Source: Promethearchaeia archaeon
GTDB taxonomy: Archaea > Asgardarchaeota > Lokiarchaeia > Sigyniarchaeales > SOKP01
Assembly: GCA_029856155.1 (NCBI GenBank)
Contig: JAHQWL010000024.1
Location: 1-55,213 of the forward strand
Direction of reading: 5' to 3'
DNA: 55,213 bases
Shown: positions 1 to 10,973 of the stretch, one piece after another
Layout: each line of letters starts with the position of its first letter
Numbering within the stretch: position 1 is the stretch's first letter
Position numbers and translations under genes: made by a program
Notes under the pieces: generated by a model
Databases searched by the model: none
What the model saw: the letters and a program-made list of their open reading frames with translations, nothing else
Told to the model about the DNA's origin: nothing

Positions 1-6
1 GACCAT
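1..6 (-). CDS. 5' end of a gene running off the left edge (partial)
   Basis: Minus strand reads AAAAAGGAGGTATA-ATG-GTC, a strong SD (AGGAGG, 11-16) just upstream of an ATG at 6..4. Confidence 0.45.
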
Positions 7-80
7 TATACCTCCTTTTACTGATGGTTTACCTATTTTTAAATATTTTCTAATTCTCAAATTAATAACTTTTCACCTGT

Positions 81-2420
81 TTAAGTAATTTGATATATCC
101 TTGAAGCAGTATCAAAATTTAAGAATAAGCTCTGGTTATTAAAATTTATAATAGAATTTTTAGTGCCGAAGTCTTGATAACAATAATCATTATCAAAACG
201 AGGATATGGCCCCAAATCAACCTCATTACCTCCCACATTCATGGGATCTTCCCAAGCTACACTAATTAATCCTTGAGAGGGAGATAAATAACGTACATTA
301 TATCCTAATGCTTGTGGAATAACTTGAACTTGAGATTGCTGAATCTCTGATACAAATTGGGCAAAGGACCCATATTCATCAATACTTCCCAATTCAACTA
401 TCCATAGATTTTTAAAACCATCTACTCGAAGTTCATAATTAGAAGCCCAGTAAGTATCCATATAAGAATACAACGCAACATATCCATCTCCACTAACACC
501 AAATGTCCATCTACCATGTTGCTCCCAATCATCAAAAGCCCAGCGAGGAAAGTAAGCATGTTGGTAAAATTTATTACCCATAAAGAGATTCAAAAAGTAC
601 AAAAGAAGTTCCCCCTCTAAAGGTAATGTTTCACGGTCATACTGAATAATCCCTACATTCTTATATAACGTAGCACGAGGATTCCATCCTCCAACATATT
701 CCTGTTCAAGATCTTTAGTAAGACCTCCTGGTGAGCTAGTATATATAAACGCATCATCATCTAAAGAAGCTTGCCAGATATGTTCTTGATAACTATTCAT
801 TCCTTTTTGATGGTCCTGGGAACCAGAAAGTTGGTAATATGGTGTTCTATATGTATAAGTATTTGAAGTTTCCAAACAAATACCTTGAGTAATTAATTTC
901 AATTTCTCTGAATATGAGCTTAATGGTATACCATGTAAAAATGCAGACACTTTAAAGAAATCAGCAATTATTTGAGGTCCGTACATAGTATCCGATTTTA
1001 TATTATATTTTTCTACTAAATTAAAGACTTCCTTGATTGTTTGTGAAGGTAAAACCGCTGACATTCCAAGCCAGAACATAAGATCTTCTTCATTATAGTT
1101 TAGGTTGTATAATGAGCCTTCATCCATATTTATGCTATTTCGTTCTTTATGTTCATCATATAAAGTCGCATTATTAGCAATATCTTCCAAAATTGGTGGA
1201 GGAGCATAATAATCACTTGTAGCTAAAGCAACAGCAGCAAGATTACTGTTATCATAGGGATTATGATCTCCAATACCAAGCATTATCCAAGCCGACTCAG
1301 AGGTACTGTCTCTAGAAGCTGGGGATATAACACTAGTTCCTATTTTAGTTCTATCATAACAACGACCATGTGTAGTTGCATATCTACCTTTAAAATAATT
1401 ATTAGCAAAGTCAAATGCAATAATATCCAAAATCATCGCTGCTTTATAGACAATTTCTGGGTCTTCTGAGAAATCTACTAAATTAACTAACGCTGCAATA
1501 TCCTCTGTGTAGTATGTATTTGAATGCCATTCTGAGAAACCAAATTGTGCTCGCCAATCAAGCCATCTTTTTACAAGCGGTAATGCATGATTTACATGTT
1601 CCAGTCCTGTCATATTAGAGTTAACGAACGTATCATTAGGAAAAAGTTGTCCGATGAGCAATTCCGCGGTATGAAAAAGAATCTGATGATTCTCAGTATA
1701 AAAAATCATATCATCTCTAGTAGGCTCTGTATACCAATATTTAGTTTTACCAAAGGCATCAATAACTTTGTTCCTTATTGATGGACTCAAAATACTCCTA
1801 TTAATATCAATATATATCAAACGTATAAGATTGTTTAATGTAAAATCTAAACAATCCTTAAAATTATAAAGTTTATGAAGGGAAGCTTCAATATTGATCT
1901 CGCTTACATTCAGACCAAGATAAACCCGAGAGACTTGTGCGTAAACCTGATCACTATTTTTGCTATCGTTTAAATACATATTTTGTCGTTGTTGAAACCC
2001 TAGGGTAGCGTTGAATGTTTCAAATAAATTGAATGTACGATTAAAATTAGTTTTCATTGAGAATTCCCATTGACTTTGACTAATTCTGGGTTTTGAATAA
2101 TTTTGTTGAGTATGAAAAAATTGAGGTAAAATTAAAATAATAAATATAAATAATAATTTTGGTAATCTTCTATTTTTATTTTTAATGCCACTCCTATTCC
2201 CTATTAGTTTAAAAAATAAATATATTACCAATAAAATTATCACAATGCCACTGAAAACGCTGATTGATGATATGAAATATAAACTAAAACCAATGAATAT
2301 TAAATAACCCCCTATATTACTTGAAACGATAATCCTCCAAAGAGGAATAACAATACCTAAAATTAATATAGTATAGAATAACCATCTAATGATTTTTCTC
2401 TGATTCTTTAATTTTTTCAT
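81..2420 (-). CDS. Membrane-anchored hypothetical protein, possibly heparinase II/III-like (lyase-like) fold
   Basis: 779 aa. N-terminal hydrophobic helices, then a large soluble domain with motifs ENHQILFHTAELLIGQLFP, GFSEWHSNTYY, HGRCY. The fold assignment is inference. Confidence 0.5.
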   Translation of the reverse strand: MKKLKNQRKIIRWLFYTILILGIVIPLWRIIVSSNIGGYLIFIGFSLYFISSISVFSGIVIILLVIYLFFKLIGNRSGIKNKNRRLPKLLFIFIILILPQFFHTQQNYSKPRISQSQWEFSMKTNFNRTFNLFETFNATLGFQQRQNMYLNDSKNSDQVYAQVSRVYLGLNVSEINIEASLHKLYNFKDCLDFTLNNLIRLIYIDINRSILSPSIRNKVIDAFGKTKYWYTEPTRDDMIFYTENHQILFHTAELLIGQLFPNDTFVNSNMTGLEHVNHALPLVKRWLDWRAQFGFSEWHSNTYYTEDIAALVNLVDFSEDPEIVYKAAMILDIIAFDFANNYFKGRYATTHGRCYDRTKIGTSVISPASRDSTSESAWIMLGIGDHNPYDNSNLAAVALATSDYYAPPPILEDIANNATLYDEHKERNSINMDEGSLYNLNYNEEDLMFWLGMSAVLPSQTIKEVFNLVEKYNIKSDTMYGPQIIADFFKVSAFLHGIPLSSYSEKLKLITQGICLETSNTYTYRTPYYQLSGSQDHQKGMNSYQEHIWQASLDDDAFIYTSSPGGLTKDLEQEYVGGWNPRATLYKNVGIIQYDRETLPLEGELLLYFLNLFMGNKFYQHAYFPRWAFDDWEQHGRWTFGVSGDGYVALYSYMDTYWASNYELRVDGFKNLWIVELGSIDEYGSFAQFVSEIQQSQVQVIPQALGYNVRYLSPSQGLISVAWEDPMNVGGNEVDLGPYPRFDNDYCYQDFGTKNSIINFNNQSLFLNFDTASRIYQIT

Positions 2421-2501
2421 TAGCTCTAATTAGTAAATTTCTACAATTAATTAATGTAATAAATTCGTATTAATGGTTAAAATAATTTTCTCTAATAAAA
2501 T

Positions 2502-3875
2502 TTATTTCTTATATTGTGGATCTCTTGTAGCACATCCTACATTTTTCCCAAGTTTCATGAAATCAGAACATTTTGAACATGAAATACAACTTTGCTTTTT
2601 ATCAATAATTCCGTCTTGGAAAATCTGTTTGGGAAAATTAGGATTTGCGAGAGCCATTCTTCCGAACCCACAAATATCAACCTTTTTCTGATGGATCATA
2701 CCTGCAGCAATATAACCTGCAAATTGACGTAAATAAGAATAACCAGATCCTACAATATAAGTATCATTTGGTAAATGATTTTTAATTAAAGATGCTAAGT
2801 TTAAAAGTCTACTCACACCAAATAAAGGATTTTCATTTGGTAGAATCTCTCCTTTAACGGGTATATCGAATGGACGTGTAATTTGGGGTTTATAATGTGG
2901 ATTTCCAGCAGTAATATTAATTAATTTTACTCCTAAATTATATAGTTTATTTATTAGCTCAATAGGTTCAATAAGATCAATAGGAGCTGGAAATTCTTCA
3001 TTTTCTACTGGTTTCACTCCAAACCCATAAGGATAAGGAATACCATCATATACACTCATTCGGGTAGTCAATAAGAAGTTACTTCCATTCTTTAATTCTT
3101 TATTCAATTTTTCTATAATATTTAAAAAGAATCTTGCTCTATTTTCAAAACCTTTTCCACCATATATAGAGTTCTTTCGAATTCTTGAACTTAATAATTC
3201 ATGAATTAAATACCCATGACAAGCTTTAATATCTACTCCATCAAACCCTACTTCTCTTGCAATAATCGCCTTTTGAATCCAAATATCTTCTAACTCTCTT
3301 AAATCTTCATCAGATATTATAATACCATTTTTCTCTGTAAGACCTCTATTTTTATCTAATTCAATATATTGATATGCTTTTATTGGATATTTTTTGTCCT
3401 TTCTTACGCAATATCTTCCAGAATGATTCAATTGGAGAATTAAAACACAATCATTTAAAAAGCCTAGTTCTCTCAAAGATTTATTACAAATATCTCTTAT
3501 ATACGAGACAAATTCTTTAAATTTATCAGAATTTTCTTCAGTTAAAACTAATTGACATGCGTTTGAGCGGCAATCATGATTAATTGCTGTTGCTTCAAAC
3601 CAAATTAATCCTGCTCCCCCTCTGGCATACCGCTCATATCTTCTATAAGTTAATCTTCCTGGAGCTCCATCTGCATTAGCATCAAAACCCTCCATTGGTT
3701 GGATGGCTAATCTATTGGGGATAACCCTCTTGGCAATATTTATTCTTTGTTGTAAAATTTCAACTCTGGGATAGAAAGGAATATCTAAATCTAATTCCAT
3801 AACTTTATTCTTTAAATCATCTAAACTCTTATAAGTAAATGGTTCAAATTTCATGTGGGAAGGATTAAAACTCAT
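2502..3875 (-). CDS. NADH:flavin oxidoreductase (Old Yellow Enzyme family) with C-terminal Cys cluster
   Basis: NRLAIQPMEG, GGAGLIWFEA, QLNHSGR, GFDGVDIKACHGYL, YGG..ENRARF, C-terminal CISCSKC...C. Confidence 0.9.
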   Translation of the reverse strand: MSFNPSHMKFEPFTYKSLDDLKNKVMELDLDIPFYPRVEILQQRINIAKRVIPNRLAIQPMEGFDANADGAPGRLTYRRYERYARGGAGLIWFEATAINHDCRSNACQLVLTEENSDKFKEFVSYIRDICNKSLRELGFLNDCVLILQLNHSGRYCVRKDKKYPIKAYQYIELDKNRGLTEKNGIIISDEDLRELEDIWIQKAIIAREVGFDGVDIKACHGYLIHELLSSRIRKNSIYGGKGFENRARFFLNIIEKLNKELKNGSNFLLTTRMSVYDGIPYPYGFGVKPVENEEFPAPIDLIEPIELINKLYNLGVKLINITAGNPHYKPQITRPFDIPVKGEILPNENPLFGVSRLLNLASLIKNHLPNDTYIVGSGYSYLRQFAGYIAAGMIHQKKVDICGFGRMALANPNFPKQIFQDGIIDKKQSCISCSKCSDFMKLGKNVGCATRDPQYKK

Positions 3876-3933
3876 TACATTATAATTAGAGAACCCTTAA
3901 TAAAGAACTTTTCATTTTTTCTTATGATGATTT

Positions 3934-4566
3934 ATGGCTAAAAAGAAAATTTTATTATGCCAAAGGGGGAGATATTTTAAAAAGGATAAGACTTATTCTT
4001 ATTTCCAAGAAATTCTAAATGAGTATATAGTTGATAATTATGAGGATGTCGAAATTTTTAAAAATAGAGACTTTTTTGAATATGACACCACTATTTTTTT
4101 TACTCAATTCGGGGAATTTACTAAGGAACAAGAGAAAAATGTGTTAGATTTTATCTCCAGCGGAAAAGGATTTGTAGGATTGCATGGTGCTTCGGCATCT
4201 TTTAAAGAACATCCTAAATATTATGAAATGATTGGAGGAAGATTTACTGGTCATAAAAAAAAATGCAATATAGATATCAAAATTTTAGATAAAGGACATC
4301 CAATAACAGCAAATTTAGATGATTTTACTTTTTTTGATGAACCTTATAGGCATGATTTCGCTATGAAAGGAGATATGAAAGTTTTAGCTGAGGCTTATTA
4401 CCATGATGAAGAAGACCCTGAAGCTGAACCGATTATCTGGGTAAAGACTTATGGGGAGGGGAGAGTAGCATTTTGTGCATTAGGCCATCAAGCAAGAGCC
4501 CTAAAAAATGAGATTTTTCGTAAAATCATTAAAAGCTCAGTTAAATGGGTATTAAAAGGACAATAA
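3934..4566 (+). CDS. ThuA-like (trehalose utilization, class I GATase-like fold) protein
   Basis: GKGFVGLHGA, IGGRFTGH, HPIT, DEPY, WVKTYGEGRVAFCALGH. Confidence 0.85.
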   Translation: MAKKKILLCQRGRYFKKDKTYSYFQEILNEYIVDNYEDVEIFKNRDFFEYDTTIFFTQFGEFTKEQEKNVLDFISSGKGFVGLHGASASFKEHPKYYEMIGGRFTGHKKKCNIDIKILDKGHPITANLDDFTFFDEPYRHDFAMKGDMKVLAEAYYHDEEDPEAEPIIWVKTYGEGRVAFCALGHQARALKNEIFRKIIKSSVKWVLKGQ

Positions 4567-4581
4567 AAAAGGGGGATTATT

Positions 4582-5607
4582 ATCGAAAACCATAAATTTG
4601 TAAAGGTGGGAGTTATTGGATGCGGTTGGATAACAGGAACATATAAACTAGTATCAAAAGTTATTAAAAATACCAAGATTGTTGCAGCTGTTGATTTAGA
4701 TATAAACCGAGCTAAAAAGATTGCTAGCAAGGACCATGCATATACTAATACTGAAACTATGTTTGCGAATGAAGATATTGACGTTGTATATATTGCTACT
4801 CCTCATTACTTGCATAAACCAATGATTAAACAAGCTTTTGAAAATGGAAAGCATATTTTATGCGAAAAACCAGTAACAATCTCATTAGAAGATGCTCGAG
4901 AAATAAAAAATTTAGATAATCAATACCACCAGTTAAAGCTTGGATTCAATTATAATTATCGATATGATCATAATTGTTCTCGTTTAATTTCTGCTCTTCA
5001 AAACAACCATTTGGGAGAAGTATATTATGCTAATTGTAATGTTTTTTTTAGTAGAAATGAATCATATTTTGAAAAAGGACCTTGGCGAACAAAAAAAGAG
5101 GCCGCTGGTGGTGGAACACTCTTAACACATGGGTCACATATGGTAGATATTATGATTTGGGCTTTTGGTGAACCTATTTCTGTAATAGGTAAGGTTTATA
5201 CTAAGAATTTTAAAAATTTAGAAGTAGAAGATCTTGCATTTGGTATAATTGAATTTGATAACGGTATATCTACTCAAATAAATAATTCAATGTTTGTAAA
5301 ACCTCCCTTTGGAATGTTTAAGGATAAAGTAGAATTACAAATCTTTGGAAATAAAGGAAGATGTTATTACAAAGGCCCTTGGCCAAAGTCTTCCTTAAAA
5401 TGGAAAGGCGTTAAAAATTTTAAAATTAAAAAAAATGTAAAAGGGTTTTCCCATTTCGGAAGATCAGTAAAAGCATTTGCAGAGTGGATTCTTTACGATA
5501 AACCTTACTTAAATACTATTGAAGAAAGTTCTAAGGCTCTACGAGTAATAACTTCTTTGTATAAATCTTCTGAAACAAGTAAAAAAGAGCAAATAGAAAA
5601 ATTATAA
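4582..5607 (+). CDS. Gfo/Idh/MocA family NAD(P)-dependent oxidoreductase
   Basis: KVGVIGCGWI Rossmann start, IATPHYLH, GKHILCEKP, GGGTLLTHGSHMVD. The ORF-track GTG at 4606 lies inside the first beta strand, so the start is probably ATC 4582 (or ATT 4576/4579) after the GGGGG SD. Confidence 0.88.
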   Translation: MENHKFVKVGVIGCGWITGTYKLVSKVIKNTKIVAAVDLDINRAKKIASKDHAYTNTETMFANEDIDVVYIATPHYLHKPMIKQAFENGKHILCEKPVTISLEDAREIKNLDNQYHQLKLGFNYNYRYDHNCSRLISALQNNHLGEVYYANCNVFFSRNESYFEKGPWRTKKEAAGGGTLLTHGSHMVDIMIWAFGEPISVIGKVYTKNFKNLEVEDLAFGIIEFDNGISTQINNSMFVKPPFGMFKDKVELQIFGNKGRCYYKGPWPKSSLKWKGVKNFKIKKNVKGFSHFGRSVKAFAEWILYDKPYLNTIEESSKALRVITSLYKSSETSKKEQIEKL

Positions 5608-5629
5608 AGTTATTTTTATCATTTGGGTT

Positions 5630-7663
5630 TTATAATTGAAATTGGACTGATAAAAGATCATCAGTTTTAGATGAAGCTCCCATATAAAGGGTATATTTTA
5701 TCTTTTCAATCTCCCATGATTTAGATTCTGGATTATACCAAGCAAAGTTTTTCTTTGGAACTTCAATTTTTATGTTTTTTGTTTCGTTTGGATTTAAACG
5801 GATACGTGTAAATCCTCTCAAAAGCTTTACAGGACGGTCAATTTGAGACTGTTCAAAACCAATATATAATTGTACTACTTCATCTCCAGCTAATTTACCA
5901 GTATTTTTAACATCTATTGTACCAATTACCTTATCATTTTTTACTTCGATTTGTAAATTATTATAAGAAAACGTGGTATAACTTAGCCCAAAACCGAAAG
6001 GAACTGCTGGTTCATAGCCCTTTTTATCAAAAAGAGTATATCCATGATAATATCCATATTCAATTTCATCTGCATTTTTATCGAAATAAGGTAAATGCTT
6101 AGGATCTTTAGGAATTGTAAAAGGTAATTTTCCGCCTGGATTCACATCTCCGAACAATATTTTTGCTAAAGCATTACCTCCTTCTACACCAGAATACCAT
6201 GCCATTAATATAGTAGGTACTTGCTCTTTCCATTCTTCCATAGTAATTGCGCTTCCACCAATCAGAACAACTATGCAATTTTCATTTTCAGCAGCAACGG
6301 CTTTAATTAAGTCAATATCTTCATCATGTAAAGAAAGTTTGTCCCGATCCCCACCAGTTCTAAATTCCTTAATGTATTCTCCTTCGTCCTTATAATTTAA
6401 CCCTACAACTACAATTGCTATATCCACTTCTTTAGACAAATTATTAGGCCTCTTATTGTTTGATCCATTATGGTAGACTATTTCAATGGAATCTCCTAAG
6501 TAATTTTCAATGCCTTTTAATGGAGTAATAACTTCTTTAACTGATACGTTACTACTGCCATGATCTCCAGTATTCTTAACTCTTGCATATTTTCCGAAAA
6601 TCGCTAATTTGTTAATTTTATTTTTATTCAATGGTAAGATATTATTTTCATTCTTTAGAAGCACCATACTTTTTTCAGCAGCTTCTAATGCTACTTTATA
6701 ATGTTCTTCACATCCAATTAGCTCTTTCTCATATTTTTGAGGATCTTCTTTTGTAACATAGCTAAGGATTGTTCGCATAACTCGTCCTGCTGCCTCATCA
6801 ATCATTGCTTCTGTGACTTTACCTGCTTCCAAGGCTTTCTTGATTTTTTTGTATTTAAAATATCTTGCTCGGGGCATTTCAACATCTAATCCTCCAGTTA
6901 CTCCCCCTACGGTGTCTTTCACACCATACATCCAATCAGAATGAACAAAACCCTTAAAATTCCAATCTCCTTTTAAAATATCACGCAATAAATACTCATT
7001 ATGTCCACAATATTTACCCCGAATTTTATTGTAAGCACTCATTATGGTGGCACATCCTTCTTCCGCACAACGTTTAAAATGAGGAAGGTAAACTTCACGA
7101 AGTGTCCGTTCATCCATTTTCACATTTACCTTAAATCGAGCATTTTCAATGCTATTTGCAGCAAAATGTTTAGCCGTAGCCATAACATTATGTTCTTGAA
7201 CACCTCTGGTCAAAGCTGCTCCAAATTCACCAAGTAAGAAAGGATCTTCACCATAAGTTTCTTGAGCCCTACCCCACGCAGGATGACGCAATAAGTTAAT
7301 GCAGACCCCTCCAAAAAGATTACCGCCCTGAGCTCGCACTTCTTTTCCAATGACATCTCCGATTTTTTGTTCTAAATCTATATCCCATGAGGCAGCACGA
7401 GCCATAGAAACGGGAAAACAAGTAGAACCGGGAATTATTACTCCACGGGGGCCATCAGTAAATTTAAATGGAGGAATATTGAATCTTGTTGAACCAGCTG
7501 CGTCATAGGCTCGTTTACCAAAACCTCTATCTTCTATTACTTTTATAAAGAGCCCATTTCCTTTCATTTGGTTAATTTTTTCTTCCAAACTCATCTGATT
7601 AAGAACATGATTTACATAATTTTCAATCTCAATATCACTCATATCTTTTTTAACTTCAATCAT
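5630..7663 (-). CDS. Glycoside hydrolase family 3 beta-glucosidase (BglX-like), cytoplasmic
   Basis: TDGPRGV, RHPAWGRAQETYGEDP, KHFAAN, LREVYLPHF, nucleophile region VHSDW, FGFGLSYTTF, C-terminal Fn3-like domain. No signal peptide. Confidence 0.95.
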   Translation of the reverse strand: MIEVKKDMSDIEIENYVNHVLNQMSLEEKINQMKGNGLFIKVIEDRGFGKRAYDAAGSTRFNIPPFKFTDGPRGVIIPGSTCFPVSMARAASWDIDLEQKIGDVIGKEVRAQGGNLFGGVCINLLRHPAWGRAQETYGEDPFLLGEFGAALTRGVQEHNVMATAKHFAANSIENARFKVNVKMDERTLREVYLPHFKRCAEEGCATIMSAYNKIRGKYCGHNEYLLRDILKGDWNFKGFVHSDWMYGVKDTVGGVTGGLDVEMPRARYFKYKKIKKALEAGKVTEAMIDEAAGRVMRTILSYVTKEDPQKYEKELIGCEEHYKVALEAAEKSMVLLKNENNILPLNKNKINKLAIFGKYARVKNTGDHGSSNVSVKEVITPLKGIENYLGDSIEIVYHNGSNNKRPNNLSKEVDIAIVVVGLNYKDEGEYIKEFRTGGDRDKLSLHDEDIDLIKAVAAENENCIVVLIGGSAITMEEWKEQVPTILMAWYSGVEGGNALAKILFGDVNPGGKLPFTIPKDPKHLPYFDKNADEIEYGYYHGYTLFDKKGYEPAVPFGFGLSYTTFSYNNLQIEVKNDKVIGTIDVKNTGKLAGDEVVQLYIGFEQSQIDRPVKLLRGFTRIRLNPNETKNIKIEVPKKNFAWYNPESKSWEIEKIKYTLYMGASSKTDDLLSVQFQL

Positions 7664-7753
7664 CTCTAATACTCCTAATTAAGATATTAATACTATAAAA
7701 ATTAAATAAAAAAAAAATTGATTTAAAGTAAATTTTACGCTTTGAAATTATTT

Positions 7754-9463
7754 TTAAAGTGACAATCCAAGATCTGACAAACTAAGGAATAATGAGGGAA
7801 TTAACCATGCAAAGAAGATTATTATTCCTATTAATGAAATTAATTGTGCTCGTTTATTATATTTATTTTCTCCTTCAGTTTGTATAGATTTTCTTGCTAT
7901 AATAAATGTTATGAATGATATCGGGAAAAACAGAAATCCAAAAAATGATAATTTGTACGTCATTATTGAATCTGCATGAAGATCATGGCGGATCTCATCT
8001 TTTTCTATTACATTTAACCATTCTGCATTATAGAACGCTTCTTCGACATTTAATTGTCCTGATTGCCACCATTTCTGATCAACTACTTTCCTAGCGGGAA
8101 TAATCTGCGCAGCAATAGTATCCATAGTCCATTCTAAGCTTCCTGTATATTTCCCTCTTTCCCAAAGCAACAATAAACCATGTAGGATTAAAAATGTAAT
8201 TGCCATTGTCAGAAATGTACCAGCCCAATCAAGTTTTAAATAAGGATCACCATATAATGTTGATGAGATAATAAAGTGTATCACAAAATAGAACCACTGA
8301 AGATTATACATTGTGAAAGCAACAAATCCAAATCGACGGAAAAATCGTGTTTTGTCCGCGAACTCTTTTCCACGACCTCGGAACTCAACTACACGAACTA
8401 CAACCATAATTAAACAAATAGCAGCTCCGTTTAAACTCAAAAATTGGAATAACCATCCTAAAATTGGTAACGTTGTACTAGCAATCCCCGGATATTCAGG
8501 AACCCAGTTTCGATGAAATGGAAGACCTTTATAAAGATTCAAAGCCGCTGTCATACCTAATTCATCCATTATAAGGACTAAATTGACGATAAGACCCATG
8601 ATGCCTATAAAGAACATCAGAAATCCTATCTGCATTGTTTTTTTAGGGAGAAATGACCATTCTTTTTTTACAGTCTCTCTTTCCTGAGCTAGAATAATAC
8701 CAATGATACTACCCATGAATGATACTGCGAGATAGGGAAAGATCGGTTCTTCTCTTCCTGCGATAGCATTTAAAAAGAAATGAGTTATGAATTTCCACCA
8801 TTCTGAAATTCCCAAATAAGGATACTGGACATCCACACCTGTGTTTGGATCGATTGCCCATGGATATCCTGGAATCGCTAAGTCCACTAACCACCATAAT
8901 AATGGCGTGAGTGCTACAACAATTACAATCAATATAATATAAATTTTTACAAGTCTTCTGGGATTTTTCCACGCATCATTTCTTGAAAGAATACCTTGTA
9001 CAATACCATTAAGGATAATACACCATGCTATTGTATGAATTGTTTCAAAGTGATACCCTCGATAAAGAATAACCTGCCAATTCCATGCTGAAACATCATC
9101 CAACGATTTCATTAAATTTGGGATCGCTCCATGAATACCTAAGATACTTTCAGAAATCATAGCAAAAATTAATAACAAGACTCCGCCCATGATCTGTCTT
9201 ATAACCAAATCCCTCACATTTCTTCCTGCTTGTAAATGGCGATACATACTAATCATATTACCTATTGCTGAAACCATTAAGAAAAATCCTGCTAGACCTC
9301 CCAAGAAAGGCAAAATGATAAGTGCTACAATATTAATCAAAGCTATATCATTCATTTGAAGAAGTAACCCATCAATATCTAATACATGTAGTATTATATG
9401 CAAGAAAATCATTAATACTATTGCTATACCACGTAAAAAATCAATACTGGCAAATCTTCTCAT
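7754..9463 (-). CDS. Multi-pass membrane protein, heparan-alpha-glucosaminide N-acetyltransferase / DUF1624-like
   Basis: N-terminal RFASIDFLRGIAIVLMIFLH motif, PIFPYL motif, more than 10 TM segments. Confidence 0.7.
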   Translation of the reverse strand: MRRFASIDFLRGIAIVLMIFLHIILHVLDIDGLLLQMNDIALINIVALIILPFLGGLAGFFLMVSAIGNMISMYRHLQAGRNVRDLVIRQIMGGVLLLIFAMISESILGIHGAIPNLMKSLDDVSAWNWQVILYRGYHFETIHTIAWCIILNGIVQGILSRNDAWKNPRRLVKIYIILIVIVVALTPLLWWLVDLAIPGYPWAIDPNTGVDVQYPYLGISEWWKFITHFFLNAIAGREEPIFPYLAVSFMGSIIGIILAQERETVKKEWSFLPKKTMQIGFLMFFIGIMGLIVNLVLIMDELGMTAALNLYKGLPFHRNWVPEYPGIASTTLPILGWLFQFLSLNGAAICLIMVVVRVVEFRGRGKEFADKTRFFRRFGFVAFTMYNLQWFYFVIHFIISSTLYGDPYLKLDWAGTFLTMAITFLILHGLLLLWERGKYTGSLEWTMDTIAAQIIPARKVVDQKWWQSGQLNVEEAFYNAEWLNVIEKDEIRHDLHADSIMTYKLSFFGFLFFPISFITFIIARKSIQTEGENKYNKRAQLISLIGIIIFFAWLIPSLFLSLSDLGLSL

Positions 9464-9604
9464 TTAGAATCATCAAATAATATTAGTTTTATTAAATTAG
9501 AGTATGATTATAAGATAGATAGCTTCTTATATTTATTCTTTTAAACTCGGAATTTCGATGTCTATTTGAAAATATTTTTAATAATATCAAATAAATAGTA
9601 TTTT

Positions 9605-10405
9605 ATGACTGAAGATAATAAAAAAGTGGCTTTAATAACTGGAAGTTCCCATGGTATAGGAAAAGCCATTGTATTAGAACTTGCAAAAATCGGATTTTCT
9701 GTAGTAGTTAATGGCGCTTCAACTCAAGAACTACCTAATAAGTATAAAAATAATCTTAGACAAATTTTTAAAGAAGGATTAGAATATAGATACATTTATA
9801 TTCAAGCTAATGTAGGGAAAAAAGAAGATCGAGTAAAACTGATTAACGGAATTAAGAAAAAATTCAATCGGATAGATGTGTTAGTGAATAATGCTGGTGT
9901 TGGTCCTATTAAAAGAGGAGAAATGTTAGAAATGACAGAAGAATCCTACGATAGAGTAATGGGAATCAATCTTAAGGGTCCATTTTTCTTAACTCAGACT
10001 ATAGCTAAATGGATGATTGAGCTTAAGAAAACTCTAAAGGATGATTACCAACCATATATTATAAATATATCTTCTATAAACAGATACACAGCTTCACTCA
10101 ATAGGGGGGAATACTGTATTTCCAAAGCAGGAATGACAATGATGACTAAACTTTTTGCTGTAAGATTAGCTGAAGAAGGAATTCCGGTGTTTGAAATATC
10201 TCCTGGTATAATAGATACACCTTTAACAAAACCTAGGCATGATGCATATGATAAGTTAATTAATGAAGGCGTTTCTCCAATTAGAAGATGGGGAACGCCA
10301 ATTGATATTGCTAAACCAGTAGTTGCTATTGTAAGTGGGTTAATGCCATTCTCCACAGGCACAGTTTTGGATATAGATGGGGGATTTCATCTTCATCGAT
10401 TATGA
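9605..10405 (+). CDS. SDR family oxidoreductase (3-ketoacyl-ACP reductase-like subfamily)
   Basis: TGSSHGIG, NNAG, catalytic YCISK, PFSTGTVLDIDGGFHL. Confidence 0.92.
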   Translation: MTEDNKKVALITGSSHGIGKAIVLELAKIGFSVVVNGASTQELPNKYKNNLRQIFKEGLEYRYIYIQANVGKKEDRVKLINGIKKKFNRIDVLVNNAGVGPIKRGEMLEMTEESYDRVMGINLKGPFFLTQTIAKWMIELKKTLKDDYQPYIINISSINRYTASLNRGEYCISKAGMTMMTKLFAVRLAEEGIPVFEISPGIIDTPLTKPRHDAYDKLINEGVSPIRRWGTPIDIAKPVVAIVSGLMPFSTGTVLDIDGGFHLHRL

Positions 10406-10419
10406 TTTTTTATTAAGAA

Positions 10420-10914
10420 TTAAAAATATTTTTTGAAATTTCTTACTGGGCAATTCTCTTTATTACTACATTTTGGGCATAGAATTGGCCACGCTATTGT
10501 TGCATATATGAGGAAGCAAAAGGGAGGGATTAATATAATCAAAAATAAAGATGACCATAATGAAATAATTATCACGATAAAGCTAAAAATAAAATTACCC
10601 ATTCCTATTAAGGTATAAAATATTAAAGTAATTCTCATCACTTTTCGGCTTATTTTTTCTCTTTTAATCAACTTTTTTGAGAGCAAAGCACCAAATAGTA
10701 ATTGACTTGGTCCGGGACAGAAATGACCTTGATGAGGACAATCATGACAAATAATTGCTATTAATAAATTCATTAAAATATAAAAAAAAATGAAAATCAT
10801 TAAATAGATGATTGATATAATACCAAGTAAAATTATAATCCCAATAAAGGATATTATATAAAAAAGATCAATAATAATAGTATCTTTTAGTTTCCAATTA
10901 TAGATTTTATTCAT
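10420..10914 (-). CDS. Cys-rich 4-TM membrane protein (two CxxC clusters)
   Basis: ICHDCPHQGHFCP and LCPKCSNKENCP motifs, each following a TM pair. Confidence 0.7.
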   Translation of the reverse strand: MNKIYNWKLKDTIIIDLFYIISFIGIIILLGIISIIYLMIFIFFYILMNLLIAIICHDCPHQGHFCPGPSQLLFGALLSKKLIKREKISRKVMRITLIFYTLIGMGNFIFSFIVIIISLWSSLFLIILIPPFCFLIYATIAWPILCPKCSNKENCPVRNFKKYF

Positions 10915-10973
10915 TATAACAATAAATAATAATCAGTTTTTTATATAATATATAACTGACATTATAATAAAAT

